Origin: Alphaproteobacteria bacterium
GTDB lineage: Bacteria; Pseudomonadota; Alphaproteobacteria; SHVV01
NCBI GenBank assembly: GCA_965261645.1
Contig: CBDHDJ010000004.1
Span: 1,397,273-1,461,272, forward strand
Direction of reading: 5' to 3'
Length of the DNA: 64,000 nt
Part shown: in pieces, positions 20,359 to 31,162 of the stretch
Numbering within the stretch: the first letter of the stretch is position 1
Layout: each line of letters starts with the position of its first letter
Position numbers and translations under genes: made by a program
Notes under the pieces: generated by a model
Seen by the model: only the letters and a program-made list of their open reading frames with translations
What the model was told of the DNA's origin: nothing
Databases searched by the model: none

Positions 20359-20834
20359 ACGCCCCACAGGGACGTGCGCTGGGTCCAGCCGCGGATGCGG
20401 CCGATGGCAAGCTCGCACCACGCCTCCCGGCAGCGCAGCACGCGGCCCATGACGCCCGGCTCGGCCAGGGCGACGGGTAGTGAGGCGGCGTCGGGATCGC
20501 GGTAGAGCGGGCGCACCTCACCCGTGATGATGGCGGCGCGCTCACGCGACAACAGACTCGTGTGAATCCAGCCTTCCTCGCCGTCGATGTCGCGGATCTT
20601 CCGCCACAGCTCGAACGCGGCCGTGATCTCGACGGGCAGCCCCTGGCGCACGAACACCCAGGCGATGGGATAGCGCACGCCCGGCCCCGTCCGCACGTTG
20701 ACCCGGTCGGCGCGCAGCGAGGCGAAGTGGGGAAGGTCCTGGGCGGCTTGCCCAGGCTGGCCGGCGAGGCCCGCCAGGAGCGCGATGAGCGCGACGAGAA
20801 GGACGAGGCCCGCGCATCGGCTCAAATGCCGCAT
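20334..20834 (-). CDS. Exported tandem SH3-domain protein
   Basis: Signal peptide; LPHFASL..VNVRTGPG..YPI.W..WRKIRDIDGEEGWIH. Confidence 0.88.
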   Translation of the reverse strand: MRHLSRCAGLVLLVALIALLAGLAGQPGQAAQDLPHFASLRADRVNVRTGPGVRYPIAWVFVRQGLPVEITAAFELWRKIRDIDGEEGWIHTSLLSRERAAIITGEVRPLYRDPDAASLPVALAEPGVMGRVLRCREAWCELAIGRIRGWTQRTSLWGVYPGEEIE

Positions 20835-20880
20835 CGGCGCAATGACGGCGCAGTAAACCGAAACCACGACCGCCACGCGA

Positions 20881-21312
20881 TCAGATGTGCATGACCGCGC
20901 CGTGGCGCGAGGCGTCGTTGAGAAAACTCACGATGCCGCCCTCGGTCACCGCGATGTCGGGGCGGAGGTCCCCTATCGTCAGGCCTTCGGCGCGCAATCC
21001 CATCTCGCACACCATGAACGACACGCCCATCTCGATGCAGGCCGTAATCAGCTCCTCCATCTGCGCGACGCCCTGCTTGCCATAGGCGCGATCGCGTGCC
21101 CGCGCGGTGCGCCCCTGGCCGGCGGCGAGCTTCGCCCAGCCCGGTGTGCCCCTGTTGTTCGCTTTGCCCAACGCGCGAACGCCGCCCATGGTGAAGAAAA
21201 GCGTCACCGGCCGATTGATGGCGGCCTGGGCGCTGGCCAGGGCAAGGGCGTAATGGACTCGCTCGAAATCGCCGGAAAAGACGATGAGAGAGAGCTTGTC
21301 AGGCGGTGTCAT
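20881..21312 (-). CDS. DsrE/DsrF-like family protein
   Basis: KLSLIVFSG..VHYAL..VTLFFTMGG..VCEMGL..GGIVSFL. Confidence 0.8.
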   Translation of the reverse strand: MTPPDKLSLIVFSGDFERVHYALALASAQAAINRPVTLFFTMGGVRALGKANNRGTPGWAKLAAGQGRTARARDRAYGKQGVAQMEELITACIEMGVSFMVCEMGLRAEGLTIGDLRPDIAVTEGGIVSFLNDASRHGAVMHI

Positions 21313-21341
21313 CGGCGTACGCGATGCCTCCCGCTCAATTG

Positions 21342-22136
21342 TTACGCCGCATGGGCCGAGAGATCGTGGATGCTGCGCTTCTCGCCGCACAGCGGGCACG
21401 CCGGGTCGGGCCTGACCTTGACCTTGCGGAAGGTGGTCGAAAGCCCGTCATAGATGACCAGCGAGCCCGACAGGCTGTCACCGATGCCGAGGAGTTCCTT
21501 GACGACTTCGGTGGCCTGCAGGGAGCCGATGGCGCCGGCGAGCGCGCCCAACACGCCGCCTTCCGCGCAGGAGGGAATGAGGCCGGGCGGCGGCGGCTCG
21601 TTATAGATGCAGCGGTAACAGGGATTGTCGCCACCGAGATAGGCCTTGAACGTGGAGAGCTGCCCGTCGAAGCGGAGCAGCGCCGCCGACACCAGGGGCT
21701 TTTGCGCGAGATAGCAGACGTCGTTGGCGAGAAAACGGGTGGCGAAGTTGTCGCTGCCGTCCGCCACCAGGTCGTAGGCCGAGATCAGGCGTGCCGCGTT
21801 GTCGGGCGTGAGCCGCTCGCAATGCGGAACGACCGTGACATCGGGGTTGAGCGCGGCCACCGTTTCCCTAGCGCTTTCGGTCTTGGGGGTGCCGATCCGC
21901 GCGGTGGTGTGGGCGATCTGGCGTTGCAGGTTGGACAGGCTCACCGTGTCGTCGTCCACCACGCCGATGGTGCCCACGCCCGCCGCCGCGAGATACATGA
22001 GCAAGGGTGAGCCGAGCCCGCCGGCGCCGATGAGCAGAACCCTGGCCTCGAGGAGCTTGGCCTGGCCCACGCCGCCGACCTCCTCGAGCACGATGTGGCG
22101 CGCGTAGCGCTCGACCTGGGCTTCGCTGAAGTCCAT
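21342..22136 (-). CDS. moeB: HesA/MoeB/ThiF-family adenylyltransferase
   Basis: RYARHI, GAGGLGSP, SNLQRQ, DGSDNF, CYRC, SCAEGG, CPLC. Confidence 0.9.
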   Translation of the reverse strand: MDFSEAQVERYARHIVLEEVGGVGQAKLLEARVLLIGAGGLGSPLLMYLAAAGVGTIGVVDDDTVSLSNLQRQIAHTTARIGTPKTESARETVAALNPDVTVVPHCERLTPDNAARLISAYDLVADGSDNFATRFLANDVCYLAQKPLVSAALLRFDGQLSTFKAYLGGDNPCYRCIYNEPPPPGLIPSCAEGGVLGALAGAIGSLQATEVVKELLGIGDSLSGSLVIYDGLSTTFRKVKVRPDPACPLCGEKRSIHDLSAHAA

Positions 22137-23120
22137 CTAGAGACCGTCGAATAAGGGCGTGGAAAGGTCGCGCTCCGCCGCCGAAGGCAGGATGACGACG
22201 ATGCGTTTGCCCGCCATGCTCGGCCGTGCGGCGACTTCGAGCGCTGCCGCCAGCGCTGCGCCGGATGAGGTACCGATCGAGAGGCCCTCGCGTTGCGCGG
22301 CGCGGCGCGCAGTCTTGAACGCGGTCTCGTTAGCGATGGTCAACACCTCGTCGATCAAGCTCGTATCGAGATTTTTCGGCACGAATCCCGCTCCGATGCC
22401 CTCGATCTCGTGCGTACCTGCACGTCCCCCCGATAGCACCGGGCTGTCCTCGGGCTCCACGGCAATCATCGCGAGGCCCGGCCGGCGCGGCTTGAGCACG
22501 CTGCCGACTCCGGTGAAGGTGCCGCCTGTGCCGACGCCGCAGATGATGGCCTCGACCTCGCCGCTGGTATCGCGCCAGATTTCCTCGGCCGTCGTGGTGC
22601 GGTGGATGGCGGGGTTGGCGGGGTTCTCGAACTGCTGCAGAACGATCGCGTCGGGCAGCTCGCCGACGAGGGCTTCGGCGCGTTGGATCGCGCCCCGCAT
22701 GCCCAGGGCGGCGGGAGTGAGCTCGAGCTTGGCGCCAAGCAGGCGCAGCATCTTGCGCCGCTCCATCGACATGCTGTCGGGCATGGTGAGAACCAGGCGA
22801 TAGCCCTTGGCGGCGCAGACGAAGGCCAATGCGATTCCCGTATTGCCCGAGGTCGGCTCGACGATGACGGTGTCCGCACTCAGCCGTCCGCCGGCCTCCG
22901 CCGCCGCGATCATTGCCCGGCCGATACGGTCCTTGACCGAGCCGAGCGGGTTGATGGATTCGAGCTTGGCCAGGATATCTGCTTTTGCGCCGGCTTCCGC
23001 CGCCATCGCATTGATGCGCACAAGCGGTGTGTTGCCGATCGTTTCGATGATGCTGTCGAAGACGCGACCGGCCAGCTCGAGCGGCTCGCGAGCTTCAGCG
23101 GGCGCGGATGAGCTCGGCAT
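22137..23120 (-). CDS. cysK: Cysteine synthase (PLP-dependent)
   Basis: [36 protein letters not shown]. Confidence 0.92.
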   Translation of the reverse strand: MPSSSAPAEAREPLELAGRVFDSIIETIGNTPLVRINAMAAEAGAKADILAKLESINPLGSVKDRIGRAMIAAAEAGGRLSADTVIVEPTSGNTGIALAFVCAAKGYRLVLTMPDSMSMERRKMLRLLGAKLELTPAALGMRGAIQRAEALVGELPDAIVLQQFENPANPAIHRTTTAEEIWRDTSGEVEAIICGVGTGGTFTGVGSVLKPRRPGLAMIAVEPEDSPVLSGGRAGTHEIEGIGAGFVPKNLDTSLIDEVLTIANETAFKTARRAAQREGLSIGTSSGAALAAALEVAARPSMAGKRIVVILPSAAERDLSTPLFDGL

Positions 23121-23177
23121 CGGCGGTCAACGGGTTCGAAAATATCAGCGCGGCGATCACGGCGTCCCTCCCGGCGC

Positions 23178-23633
23178 TCAGATCGTGAAATCGAGCCGGT
23201 CGGGGGTTCGGCTCGACACCCCTTCGCGCTGCGCCCGTTGGCACAGATCCTCGATCGAGATGCCGTCCAGGCGCTGCATGAACTCGCCCTCGAGTTCGTC
23301 CCACAGGGGCCGCACGGTGGCGCGGCCCAGGTCCGAGACCCCACGATCGTCGGTGAAGCCGTCGCGGCCTTCGAGCTCGGCCACCACGCGGGCGATGTCG
23401 CCCACGGTAATACGGCGGCGTTCCCGCGCCAGCCGGTAGCCGCCACGCGGTCCGCGAGTACCCTTCAGCACCCCGGCACGGACCAGGCGCTGCATGATCT
23501 GCTCGAGATAGCGCTGCGAGATACCCTGGCGCTCCGTGAGCTCCTTGCTTTGCACGGGTTTGGCGCCGGCGTTGTAGGCGATGTCGACAACCGCTTCGAG
23601 GGCGAGGAGAAGTTTCCTGGGGAGAGGTAGCAT
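23178..23633 (-). CDS. Rrf2-family transcriptional regulator (no Fe-S Cys triad)
   Basis: RYLEQIMQRLVRAG..GTRGPRGGYRLAR..ITVGDI. Confidence 0.92.
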   Translation of the reverse strand: MLPLPRKLLLALEAVVDIAYNAGAKPVQSKELTERQGISQRYLEQIMQRLVRAGVLKGTRGPRGGYRLARERRRITVGDIARVVAELEGRDGFTDDRGVSDLGRATVRPLWDELEGEFMQRLDGISIEDLCQRAQREGVSSRTPDRLDFTI

Positions 23634-24116
23634 TTAGCTCTTCCCTCCCCTCGCCACCGTGAGAGCGGGCTTGTCGGTCGAGCCGAAGCCGCCCTCGCCG
23701 CGCACGCTGAGCACGAGCTCCCGGGCGGGCCTGAGCGCCGCGCGGCTGACCGGAGCCATGACGAGCTGGGCGATACGCCGGCCGCGAGACACGGTGAAGG
23801 GCGCTTCACCGAGATTGACCAGCAAAACGCCGATCTCACCGCGATAATCGGAATCGATGGTGCCCGGAGCGTTGAGCACGGTAACGCCGTGCTCGAGAGC
23901 GAGCCCCGAACGGGGGCGGATCTGCGCCTCGAAGCCGGGCGGCAGTGCGAGGCTGAAGCCGGTCGGGATCAACGCGCGGGCGCCCGGTTCGAGCACCACG
24001 TCGCCGGCGACGGCAGCGGGCAGATCGAAACCGGCACTCTGCTCGGTGGCGTAGGCCGGTAGCTCGAGTCCTTCGCCATGCGCCAAACGCTGGATCGCCA
24101 CCTCGACGGGCCTCAT
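23634..24116 (-). CDS. dut: dUTP diphosphatase
   Basis: [32 protein letters not shown]. Confidence 0.97.
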   Translation of the reverse strand: MRPVEVAIQRLAHGEGLELPAYATEQSAGFDLPAAVAGDVVLEPGARALIPTGFSLALPPGFEAQIRPRSGLALEHGVTVLNAPGTIDSDYRGEIGVLLVNLGEAPFTVSRGRRIAQLVMAPVSRAALRPARELVLSVRGEGGFGSTDKPALTVARGGKS

Positions 24117-25339
24117 TCGCCCGCCCCCCTGCGCGCCGCAAAATAGTCAGCGATTCGGCCCGCCAAGGCGTCCGCGACGGCAGCCTTGCTCATCGTCGGC
24201 CAGGCGTCGGTCTCCGTTTCGCTGATGAAATGAACGGTATTCTGATCGCCGCCCATCGCATCACCGTCCGCCGAGACGCCGTTGGCCAGAATCCAGTCGC
24301 ACCCTTTGGTCTCGCGCTTGGCCCGCGCGTGCTCGATCAGCCGTTCGGTTTCGGCGGCGAAGCCGATCACCAGCAGAGGCCGGTTGTTGGTGGCGCGGCT
24401 CAAGGTGGCCAGGATGTCGGGATTCTCGATCAGTCTCAGGTTCGGCGCACCGCCATTCCCTTTCTTCAGCTTTTCCTCCGCGATCCAGTCGACCCGCCAA
24501 TCCGAGACGGCGGCGGCGCACACGGCGACGTCCACCGGCAGCGCCTGTTGGCAGGCGCGCAGCATGTCCTCGGCCGACTGAATGGCGATGGTTCGGACGC
24601 CGACGGGATCGGGGAGCTCGGAAGGACCCGCCACCAGCGTCGTCGCGGCACCAAGCCGGGCCAGCGCCGCGGCAATGGCGTGACCTTGCTTGCCTGATGA
24701 GCGGTTGCTCATGTAGCGGATGGGATCGATCGCCTCGCGCGTCGGCCCCGAGGTGACTAGTGCTGCCCGCCCGCTGAGGCGCCCGGGTGCTTGGCTCGCG
24801 GCGAGCCGGGTTTGAATCGCGGTGAGAATGTCGGGGATCTCGGCCAGACGGCCTTCGCCGAACTCGCCATCCGCCAGCGCGCCCGTCGCCGGGCCGACGA
24901 CACTGATGCCGTCCTTCGCCAAGGTCTCCAGATTGCGGCGGCTCGCCTCGTGATGCCACATGCGGACATTCATGGCCGGTGCGATCAGCACCGGCGTGTC
25001 GGTCGCAAGCAGCACCGCGGTTGCGAGATCATCGGCGATGCCCGCCGCCATCTTGGCGATGATATTTGCGGTGGCCGGGGCGACGACCACGAGGTCCGCC
25101 TCGCGCGAGAGCCGGATATGGCCCATCTCGCTTTCCTCGGTGAGCGAGAAAAGATCGGTGTAGACTTTGTCTGCGCTCAGCGCCGAGATCGAGAGCGGGG
25201 TCACGAACTCCGCGCCGGCCCGCGTCAGCACGCAGCGCACCCCTGCGCCCTGCTCGCGCAGCCGGCGGATGAGATCGAGACTCTTATAGGCGGCGATGCC
25301 GCCGGCGAGGATGAGGAGAATCCGCTTACCAGAAAGCAT
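24113..25339 (-). CDS. coaBC: Bifunctional PPC decarboxylase/synthase
   Basis: [41 protein letters not shown]. Confidence 0.97.
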   Translation of the reverse strand: MLSGKRILLILAGGIAAYKSLDLIRRLREQGAGVRCVLTRAGAEFVTPLSISALSADKVYTDLFSLTEESEMGHIRLSREADLVVVAPATANIIAKMAAGIADDLATAVLLATDTPVLIAPAMNVRMWHHEASRRNLETLAKDGISVVGPATGALADGEFGEGRLAEIPDILTAIQTRLAASQAPGRLSGRAALVTSGPTREAIDPIRYMSNRSSGKQGHAIAAALARLGAATTLVAGPSELPDPVGVRTIAIQSAEDMLRACQQALPVDVAVCAAAVSDWRVDWIAEEKLKKGNGGAPNLRLIENPDILATLSRATNNRPLLVIGFAAETERLIEHARAKRETKGCDWILANGVSADGDAMGGDQNTVHFISETETDAWPTMSKAAVADALAGRIADYFAARRGAGE

Positions 25340-25470
25340 TGTGAATTCTCAGAAAATACGACTCAGTTATGTAGATAAAATAACCCGCCGCCGCGATCGA
25401 GACAAGACATTGTTAAAACTAGGGTTTTGCCTAGTGTTGACGACTGCCCCGGCGCCATGGCGCGGCCTCT

Positions 25471-27006
25471 TCAAAGTACGAGGAGGATGATCAGCAGCCC
25501 GAGCGAGGCCCAGACGAGAAGCTGAAGCGGACGCCGGCGGCGCGCTTGTTCGGTGGCGATGGTGCGCGCGCTGTCGGGGTGGAGCCGGAGCCCCTTGCCC
25601 GAGACCATGGCGGCGGCGAGCTCCGCCTTCGCGATTAAATTTGGCACCTTGCGGGCCAGGCCCTCGGCGCTCTCCAGGCCTTCGCGCAGGCGCGTCTCGG
25701 GCGCCATGGCCTCGGCCACCCAGTCCGCCAATACGGGTTCGGCGATGGCCCATAAATTGACGCCGGGCTGGATGGTGCGGGTGACGCCTTCGATCACCAC
25801 CAGCGTCTTCTGCAGCAGCAGAAGTTGGGGCTGGGTCGGCATGGCGAAGGTCTCGGTGATCTGAAAGAGCTGCGCGAGCAGCCGGCCGATCGAGATCTCC
25901 GTGGCCGCGCGCCCGAAGATGGGCTCGCCGATCGAGCGGCACGCCTGGGCGAAGGTGTCGACCGATTGCGCTGCCGGGACATAGCCGGCCTCGAAATGAA
26001 CCTCGGCGGCGCGGCGGTAATCACCGGTCAGGAAGGCGAGCAGAAGCTCGGCGACGAAGCGCCGCGTCGCCTTGTCAAGGCGTCCCATGATGCCGAAATC
26101 GACCGCCAGGATCTCGTTGTCTTCGCCGACGAACAGATTCCCCGGGTGGAGGTCGGCATGGAAGAAGCCGTCGCGGAACACTTGTTGGAGGAAGGCGCGA
26201 AACAGATTCTCGACCACGCGCTCGGGATCCCGCCCAGCCTCGTTGAGGGCGGCGGCGTCATGCACCGGAATGCCCTCGATACGCTCGAGCGTGAGAACGC
26301 GCCGGCCGGTGCGCTGCCAGTCCACGGTGGGCGCCCGGAAGGTCTCGTCGTCGGCGAAGTTCTCCGCCAGTTCCGAGGCCGCTGCGGCTTCCAACCTGAG
26401 GTCCATTTCGATCGCAACCGTTTCGGCGAACGTGTCGACGACGGCGATGGGCCTCAGCCGGCGGAGCGCGGGACGGGTGCTTTCGATGAGCTCTGCGAGC
26501 CAGTGGAAAAACTCAACATCGCGGCGGAACGCCGTCTCGATGCCCGGCCGGAGAACCTTGACGGCAACCGGCTGGCCATCGCTCGTTACCGCATGGTGGA
26601 CCTGGGCGATCGAGGCGGCGGCGACGGGCTGGTCCTCGAAGGTGGAAAAGAGCTCGTCGAGCGGTTGACCCAACGCGCGGGCCACGGTGGCGCGGGCCTC
26701 GGCGGCGGAAAAGGGGGCCATACGGTCGCGCAGGGTGCCGAGATCCCCGGCCAGCTCTTCGCCGACCAGATCGGGGCGGGTGGAGAGCGCTTGGCCGAAC
26801 TTGACGAAGCTCGGGCCGAGCTCCTGCAGCGCCGCGACCACGCGGGGCACGGCCCGGCCCGGCTGGCGGCGGCGGACGAACAGACGCGCGAGGCGCGTCA
26901 GCGCCAGCGCGACGCCGGCATCTTCAAGCGCCGCCAAGGCATCGTGCCGGGCCATTATCCGTGCGATGGCGAGGAGCCGCACGAGATGACGAGCGCTGCG
27001 CCACAC
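25471..27006 (-). CDS. ubiB: Ubiquinone biosynthesis ABC1 kinase-like protein
   Basis: LGPSFVKFGQ, AAASIAQVH, VAVKVLRP, GFFHADLHPGN, DFGIMG. Confidence 0.96.
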   Translation of the reverse strand: MWRSARHLVRLLAIARIMARHDALAALEDAGVALALTRLARLFVRRRQPGRAVPRVVAALQELGPSFVKFGQALSTRPDLVGEELAGDLGTLRDRMAPFSAAEARATVARALGQPLDELFSTFEDQPVAAASIAQVHHAVTSDGQPVAVKVLRPGIETAFRRDVEFFHWLAELIESTRPALRRLRPIAVVDTFAETVAIEMDLRLEAAAASELAENFADDETFRAPTVDWQRTGRRVLTLERIEGIPVHDAAALNEAGRDPERVVENLFRAFLQQVFRDGFFHADLHPGNLFVGEDNEILAVDFGIMGRLDKATRRFVAELLLAFLTGDYRRAAEVHFEAGYVPAAQSVDTFAQACRSIGEPIFGRAATEISIGRLLAQLFQITETFAMPTQPQLLLLQKTLVVIEGVTRTIQPGVNLWAIAEPVLADWVAEAMAPETRLREGLESAEGLARKVPNLIAKAELAAAMVSGKGLRLHPDSARTIATEQARRRRPLQLLVWASLGLLIILLVL

Positions 27007-27016
27007 GGCGAGGTCC

Positions 27017-27781
27017 TCAGATACGCCAGCCCGAATGCAGCGCGGCGATGCCGCCGGACAGGTTGCGGTAGCTCACCTCGGCAAGCCCCGCCTCGCGGAT
27101 CACGGCGGCGAAGGCGTCCTGGTCGGGAAAGTGGCGAATGCTCTTGACGAGGTACTCGTAAGCCTCGCGCCGGCCCGTCACCATCCCGCCGACCAGAGGC
27201 AGGATGGCGAAGGAGTAACGCTCGTACAGCTGCTCCAGGCCGGGAAGAACCGTGCGGCTGAATTCGAGGCAAAGGAAGCGGCCGCCGGGCTTGAGAACGC
27301 GACGCGCCTCGGCGAGCGCCCCTTCGATGTGAGTCACGTTGCGGATGCCGAAGGCGATGGTGAAGGCATCGAAGCAGGCATCGCCGAGCGGGAGCGCCTC
27401 CGCATCGCCGCACACCCAGTCGAGCCCTTGCAAAATCCCGCGATCGAGCGCGCGGTCCCGGCCGATGTCCAGCATCGCCTCGTTGATGTCGACGACAGTC
27501 ACGCCGCCGCTTCCGCCCGCCTTGCCGGCGACACGATCGAGAAACCGGAACGCGATGTCCCCCGTGCCGCCCGCCACGTCCACGAGCGTCATGCCGGGGC
27601 GCGGCCTGAGCCAATCCATCATGGCCTTGCGCCACAGCCGGTGCACACCGAACGACATGAGGTCGTTCATCAGGTCATAGCGCTCGGCGACGCCCTCGAA
27701 CACATCGCGCACGAGTCCGGCTTTCTCGGCGGCCTCGACGATGCGATCGCCGAACAAGGTTTCGCGCTCCTTTACGTCCAT
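27017..27781 (-). CDS. ubiE: Ubiquinone/menaquinone C-methyltransferase
   Basis: [40 protein letters not shown]. Confidence 0.96.
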   Translation of the reverse strand: MDVKERETLFGDRIVEAAEKAGLVRDVFEGVAERYDLMNDLMSFGVHRLWRKAMMDWLRPRPGMTLVDVAGGTGDIAFRFLDRVAGKAGGSGGVTVVDINEAMLDIGRDRALDRGILQGLDWVCGDAEALPLGDACFDAFTIAFGIRNVTHIEGALAEARRVLKPGGRFLCLEFSRTVLPGLEQLYERYSFAILPLVGGMVTGRREAYEYLVKSIRHFPDQDAFAAVIREAGLAEVSYRNLSGGIAALHSGWRI

Positions 27782-27827
27782 GGCGGCGACCATAGCCCAG
27801 CGCCTGGGATCGCGCTAGGTTGGCGCT

Positions 27828-28652
27828 ATGCCTGAGTTGCCGGAAGTCGAGACGATCTGCCGCGGCCTGCGCCCGGCGCTCGTCGGTCATCGGCTGGTCC
27901 GGGTGGTGCAGCGCCGCCCCGATCTCCGGATTCCCCTGCCCAACGATTTCGTGCCCCGGTTGGAGGGGCGCCGGGTCGAGCGCATCGGGCGCCGCGGCAA
28001 GTATATTCTCGCCTCGCTCGACGACGGCTCGGTGCTGATCGTGCATCTCGGCATGTCGGGGCGGTTGCTAATCGCGCCCGGCCCCGCGCCGCCTCCGGGA
28101 CCGCATGATCACGTCATCCTGGAGACCGATGACGGCGTGATCGTCACCTACAACGACGCGCGCCGTTTCGGCCTCATGACGCTCGCCGATGAAACCGGCC
28201 TGGAGTCCCACAAGCTGCTCTGTCATCTCGGCCCCGACCCCCTATCCGCCACGTTCGCCGGCGCGTGGTTGTCGGCTGCGCTCAAGGGCCGCCGCACGCC
28301 GATCAAGGCGGCGCTGTTGGATCAACAGGTGATCGCCGGGCTCGGCAATATCTACGCCTGCGAGGCCCTGTTTCGGGCGCGTATCTCGCCGCGTCGTCTG
28401 GCGGCCTCGGTGGCGGGCCGGCGCGCGGAGCGGCTGGCGCCGGCCATCCGCGAGGTTCTCATTGATGCGATCGAGGCCGGTGGCTCCTCGCTCCGCGACT
28501 ACGTCCAGGCCTCCGGCGAGCTTGGCTATTTTCAGCATCGCTTCGCCGTCTATGGCCGCGCGGGCGAGCCCTGCCCGACGTGCGGCCAGGCCATTCGGCG
28601 CCTGGTGCAGGGCGGGCGCTCGAGTTTCTATTGCCCGACATGCCAACGCTGA
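27828..28652 (+). CDS. mutM: Formamidopyrimidine-DNA glycosylase
   Basis: [25 protein letters not shown], zinc finger CPTC..CPTCQ. Confidence 0.97.
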   Translation: MPELPEVETICRGLRPALVGHRLVRVVQRRPDLRIPLPNDFVPRLEGRRVERIGRRGKYILASLDDGSVLIVHLGMSGRLLIAPGPAPPPGPHDHVILETDDGVIVTYNDARRFGLMTLADETGLESHKLLCHLGPDPLSATFAGAWLSAALKGRRTPIKAALLDQQVIAGLGNIYACEALFRARISPRRLAASVAGRRAERLAPAIREVLIDAIEAGGSSLRDYVQASGELGYFQHRFAVYGRAGEPCPTCGQAIRRLVQGGRSSFYCPTCQR

Positions 28653-28707
28653 TCCCGCCCGCGATGGCGGCGCCGCTCCGCACGACGGGGCTGTGTTAGG
28701 TTGGGCT

Positions 28708-29082
28708 ATGGAACCGCGCAGAATTCCTCGCCTCGCGGTGGGTGTGGTTGTCGCGCTGATCCTCACCGCCTGGGTGGTCGCCCGCGCCGGTGAGGAGGAC
28801 TTCGTCGCCGGATTCGACGATCTTCCCCTCATGCCCGGTTTCGCAGAGGACCCGGGTCTCGGCGTCGTGTTCGACAAGCCGGAAGGGCGCATTGTCGAGG
28901 CCTTCGCCCGTGGCCGTCGGTCGGAGGCCGAAGCCGCCGCTTTCTATCGCGAGACCCTGCCGGAACTCGGCTGGAGCGCGGGCGAAGGACACAGCTATAC
29001 CCGCGAGGACGAGGTGCTCACGCTGGAGTTCGAAACCACGGGCGGCTGGCTCACCATTCACTTTTCCATCTCGCCGCGTTAA
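28708..29082 (+). CDS. Conserved exported hypothetical protein
   Basis: Signal-like N-terminus; DDLPLMPG..FDKPEGRIVE..FYRETLPELGW. Confidence 0.75.
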   Translation: MEPRRIPRLAVGVVVALILTAWVVARAGEEDFVAGFDDLPLMPGFAEDPGLGVVFDKPEGRIVEAFARGRRSEAEAAAFYRETLPELGWSAGEGHSYTREDEVLTLEFETTGGWLTIHFSISPR

Positions 29083-29121
29083 CGGGCGGCCCGCGGCCGC
29101 CGCAGCAGGAGACTTGAGGTC

Positions 29122-29898
29122 ATGGCGTACGAAAATATCCTCGTCGAGGCGCGGGCGGCGGTCGGGCTCATCACGCTGAACCGTCCCGAGGCCCTGAATG
29201 CCTTGAATTCGCCCCTGATGCGGGAGCTCAGCCGGGCGCTCGACGGCTTCGAGGCCGACGAGGCGGTCGGCGCCATCGTCCTCACCGGAAGCGAAAAGGC
29301 CTTCGCGGCCGGCGCCGACATCAAAGAAATGGAGCCCAAGAGCTTCATGGACGTGTACCGGGAGGACTTCGTCACCGCCGAATGGGAGCGCCTCACCCGC
29401 TGCCGCAAGCCGGTGATCGCCGCGGTGGCCGGATTCGCGCTCGGCGGGGGGTGTGAGCTCGCGATGATGTGCGATTTCATCCTCGCAGCGGAGACGGCGA
29501 GGTTCGGCCAGCCCGAGATCACGCTCGGCATCATTCCCGGCGCCGGGGGGACCCAGCGGCTCACCCGCCTCGTCGGTAAATCCAAGGCCATGGAGATGTG
29601 CCTCACCGGCCGCATGATGGACGCAGAGGAGGCGGAACGGGCGGGCCTCGTCAGCCGGATCGTTCCGGCGGCCGAGCTGCTGGACGAGGCGGTCAGGGTG
29701 GCGAGCGCCATCGCCGATCTCTCCCGGCCCTCGGTCATGATGGCCAAGGAGGCGGTCAACCGGGCCTACGAAACGACCTTGGCGGAGGGGATTCGATTCG
29801 AACGCCGGCTGTTTCACGCGACTTTCGCGAGCGAGGATCAAAAGGAGGGGATGCGCGCCTTCGTCGAAAAGCGAAAGCCCGCCTTCACTCACCGCTGA
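29122..29898 (+). CDS. Enoyl-CoA hydratase
   Basis: [36 protein letters not shown]. Confidence 0.95.
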   Translation: MAYENILVEARAAVGLITLNRPEALNALNSPLMRELSRALDGFEADEAVGAIVLTGSEKAFAAGADIKEMEPKSFMDVYREDFVTAEWERLTRCRKPVIAAVAGFALGGGCELAMMCDFILAAETARFGQPEITLGIIPGAGGTQRLTRLVGKSKAMEMCLTGRMMDAEEAERAGLVSRIVPAAELLDEAVRVASAIADLSRPSVMMAKEAVNRAYETTLAEGIRFERRLFHATFASEDQKEGMRAFVEKRKPAFTHR

Positions 29899-29927
29899 GG
29901 TGCCGGTGGGGCTGATTCATTTGCCGG

Positions 29928-29955
29928 TTGACGGCGCGGGGCCTGGCAGCTATAT
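29928..29955 (+). promoter_or_regulatory. Sigma70-type promoter of rpsT
   Basis: TTGACG at 29928 and GCTATAT ending at 29955, the alphaproteobacterial housekeeping pattern. Confidence 0.6.
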
Positions 29956-30007
29956 CGCCGGGGCTCTCGGAGCATGCTCGGCTTTGGCCCCCATTGGTTA
30001 GACGACC

Positions 30008-30274
30008 ATGGCGCAACACAAATCAGCGCAGAAACGCATTCGCCGCACGGCGCGCCGCACCGAGGTCAACCGCGCACGGTTGAGCCGGTGCCGCACCTCG
30101 ATCAAGAAGGTGGAGAGCGCGCTCGAGAGCGACAACAAAGAAGCGGCGTTGGCGGCGTTCAAGCAGATGGAGCCGGAGCTCATGCGCGGAGTCAACAAGG
30201 GCCTCTTCAAACGGAACACGGCCAGCCGCAAAATCTCCCGCCTGTCGGCCCGCATTAAGGCCCTGTCGACCTGA
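30008..30274 (+). CDS. rpsT: 30S ribosomal protein S20
   Basis: [22 protein letters not shown]. Confidence 0.97.
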   Translation: MAQHKSAQKRIRRTARRTEVNRARLSRCRTSIKKVESALESDNKEAALAAFKQMEPELMRGVNKGLFKRNTASRKISRLSARIKALST

Positions 30275-30306
30275 CCGGCGAAGGGCCCCTCGAGGCCCTC
30301 GGTCGG

Positions 30307-30328
30307 ACGCGCCGCGAGGCGCGTTTTT
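30307..30328 (+). terminator. Rho-independent terminator after rpsT
   Basis: ACGCGCC-GCGA-GGCGCGT followed by a T tract. Confidence 0.75.
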
Positions 30329-30742
30329 CATTTTCACTGAGGCAGCCAGATGTGGTGGTGGGGTGTGCGCCATCCACAAACGCACCCATTTTCTTTGAGC
30401 GTTCTCTTTTCAGTCCCGTTGCATCGGATCATCTGTCGCATTATTCTGCTTGGCGAGGGGCAGAACGACCTTCAGCAAGTCATTTGCTAGTAAAAAACTG
30501 TTAAGTTAGTTTGGACGGCGGCCTATACGGCGGCCGTGGCAGGGGAGTTTGCTGGAATGTAGGTAATAAGTTAGTAGTCCTCGGCGACTCAGCGGTTATT
30601 TTCTCCAAATAACAAATAAAAAGCCGGCTCACGGGCCGGTATCCAGGTAGCAGGGGGGCGAGCGAATGAGTCGCCATTCGAACGACGCGGCGATTACGAG
30701 CGCCTGTATTACCGCAATACTTTCCAGTGGACCCGGGCGCCG

Positions 30743-31159
30743 ATGAGCTACGCGGGCGACATCCCTCCGCAAGAGGCTTGGCGAGTGTTGAGCGAGGACC
30801 GGGGCGCCCGGCTCGTCGACGTGCGCACCGATGCCGAGTGGACCTATGTCGGGGAGCCCGACCTGTCGAGCCTCGGCAAGGCGGTGCTCCATCTGTCGTG
30901 GCAGCTCTTTCCCGCCATGGGGGTGAACCCCCATTTTGTCGCAGCAGTGCAAGAGCAATGTCCCGACAAGGACCAGACATTGATCTTCTTGTGCCGCTCG
31001 GGCGCCCGGTCCCAGGCGGCGGCCATCGCGATGACCGAGCTCGGCTATAAGCGGTGCTACAATTTGGCCAGCGGTTTCGAGGGGGATCTCGACGATACCG
31101 GGCGACGGGGCCGGCAGAACGGCTGGAAAGTGGACAATCTACCTTGGGTGCAGGGGTGA
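30743..31159 (+). CDS. Single-domain rhodanese
   Basis: LVDVRTDAEW, active loop CRSGARS, GFEG, GWK..LPW. Confidence 0.92.
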   Translation: MSYAGDIPPQEAWRVLSEDRGARLVDVRTDAEWTYVGEPDLSSLGKAVLHLSWQLFPAMGVNPHFVAAVQEQCPDKDQTLIFLCRSGARSQAAAIAMTELGYKRCYNLASGFEGDLDDTGRRGRQNGWKVDNLPWVQG

Positions 31160-31162
31160 ATC

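Noticed and set aside
30330-30742. oriC upstream of dnaA
   Set aside because: No convincing TTATCCACA cluster (only a 2-mismatch CCATCCACA) and no full CtrA box. Alphaproteobacterial oriC is often located elsewhere.
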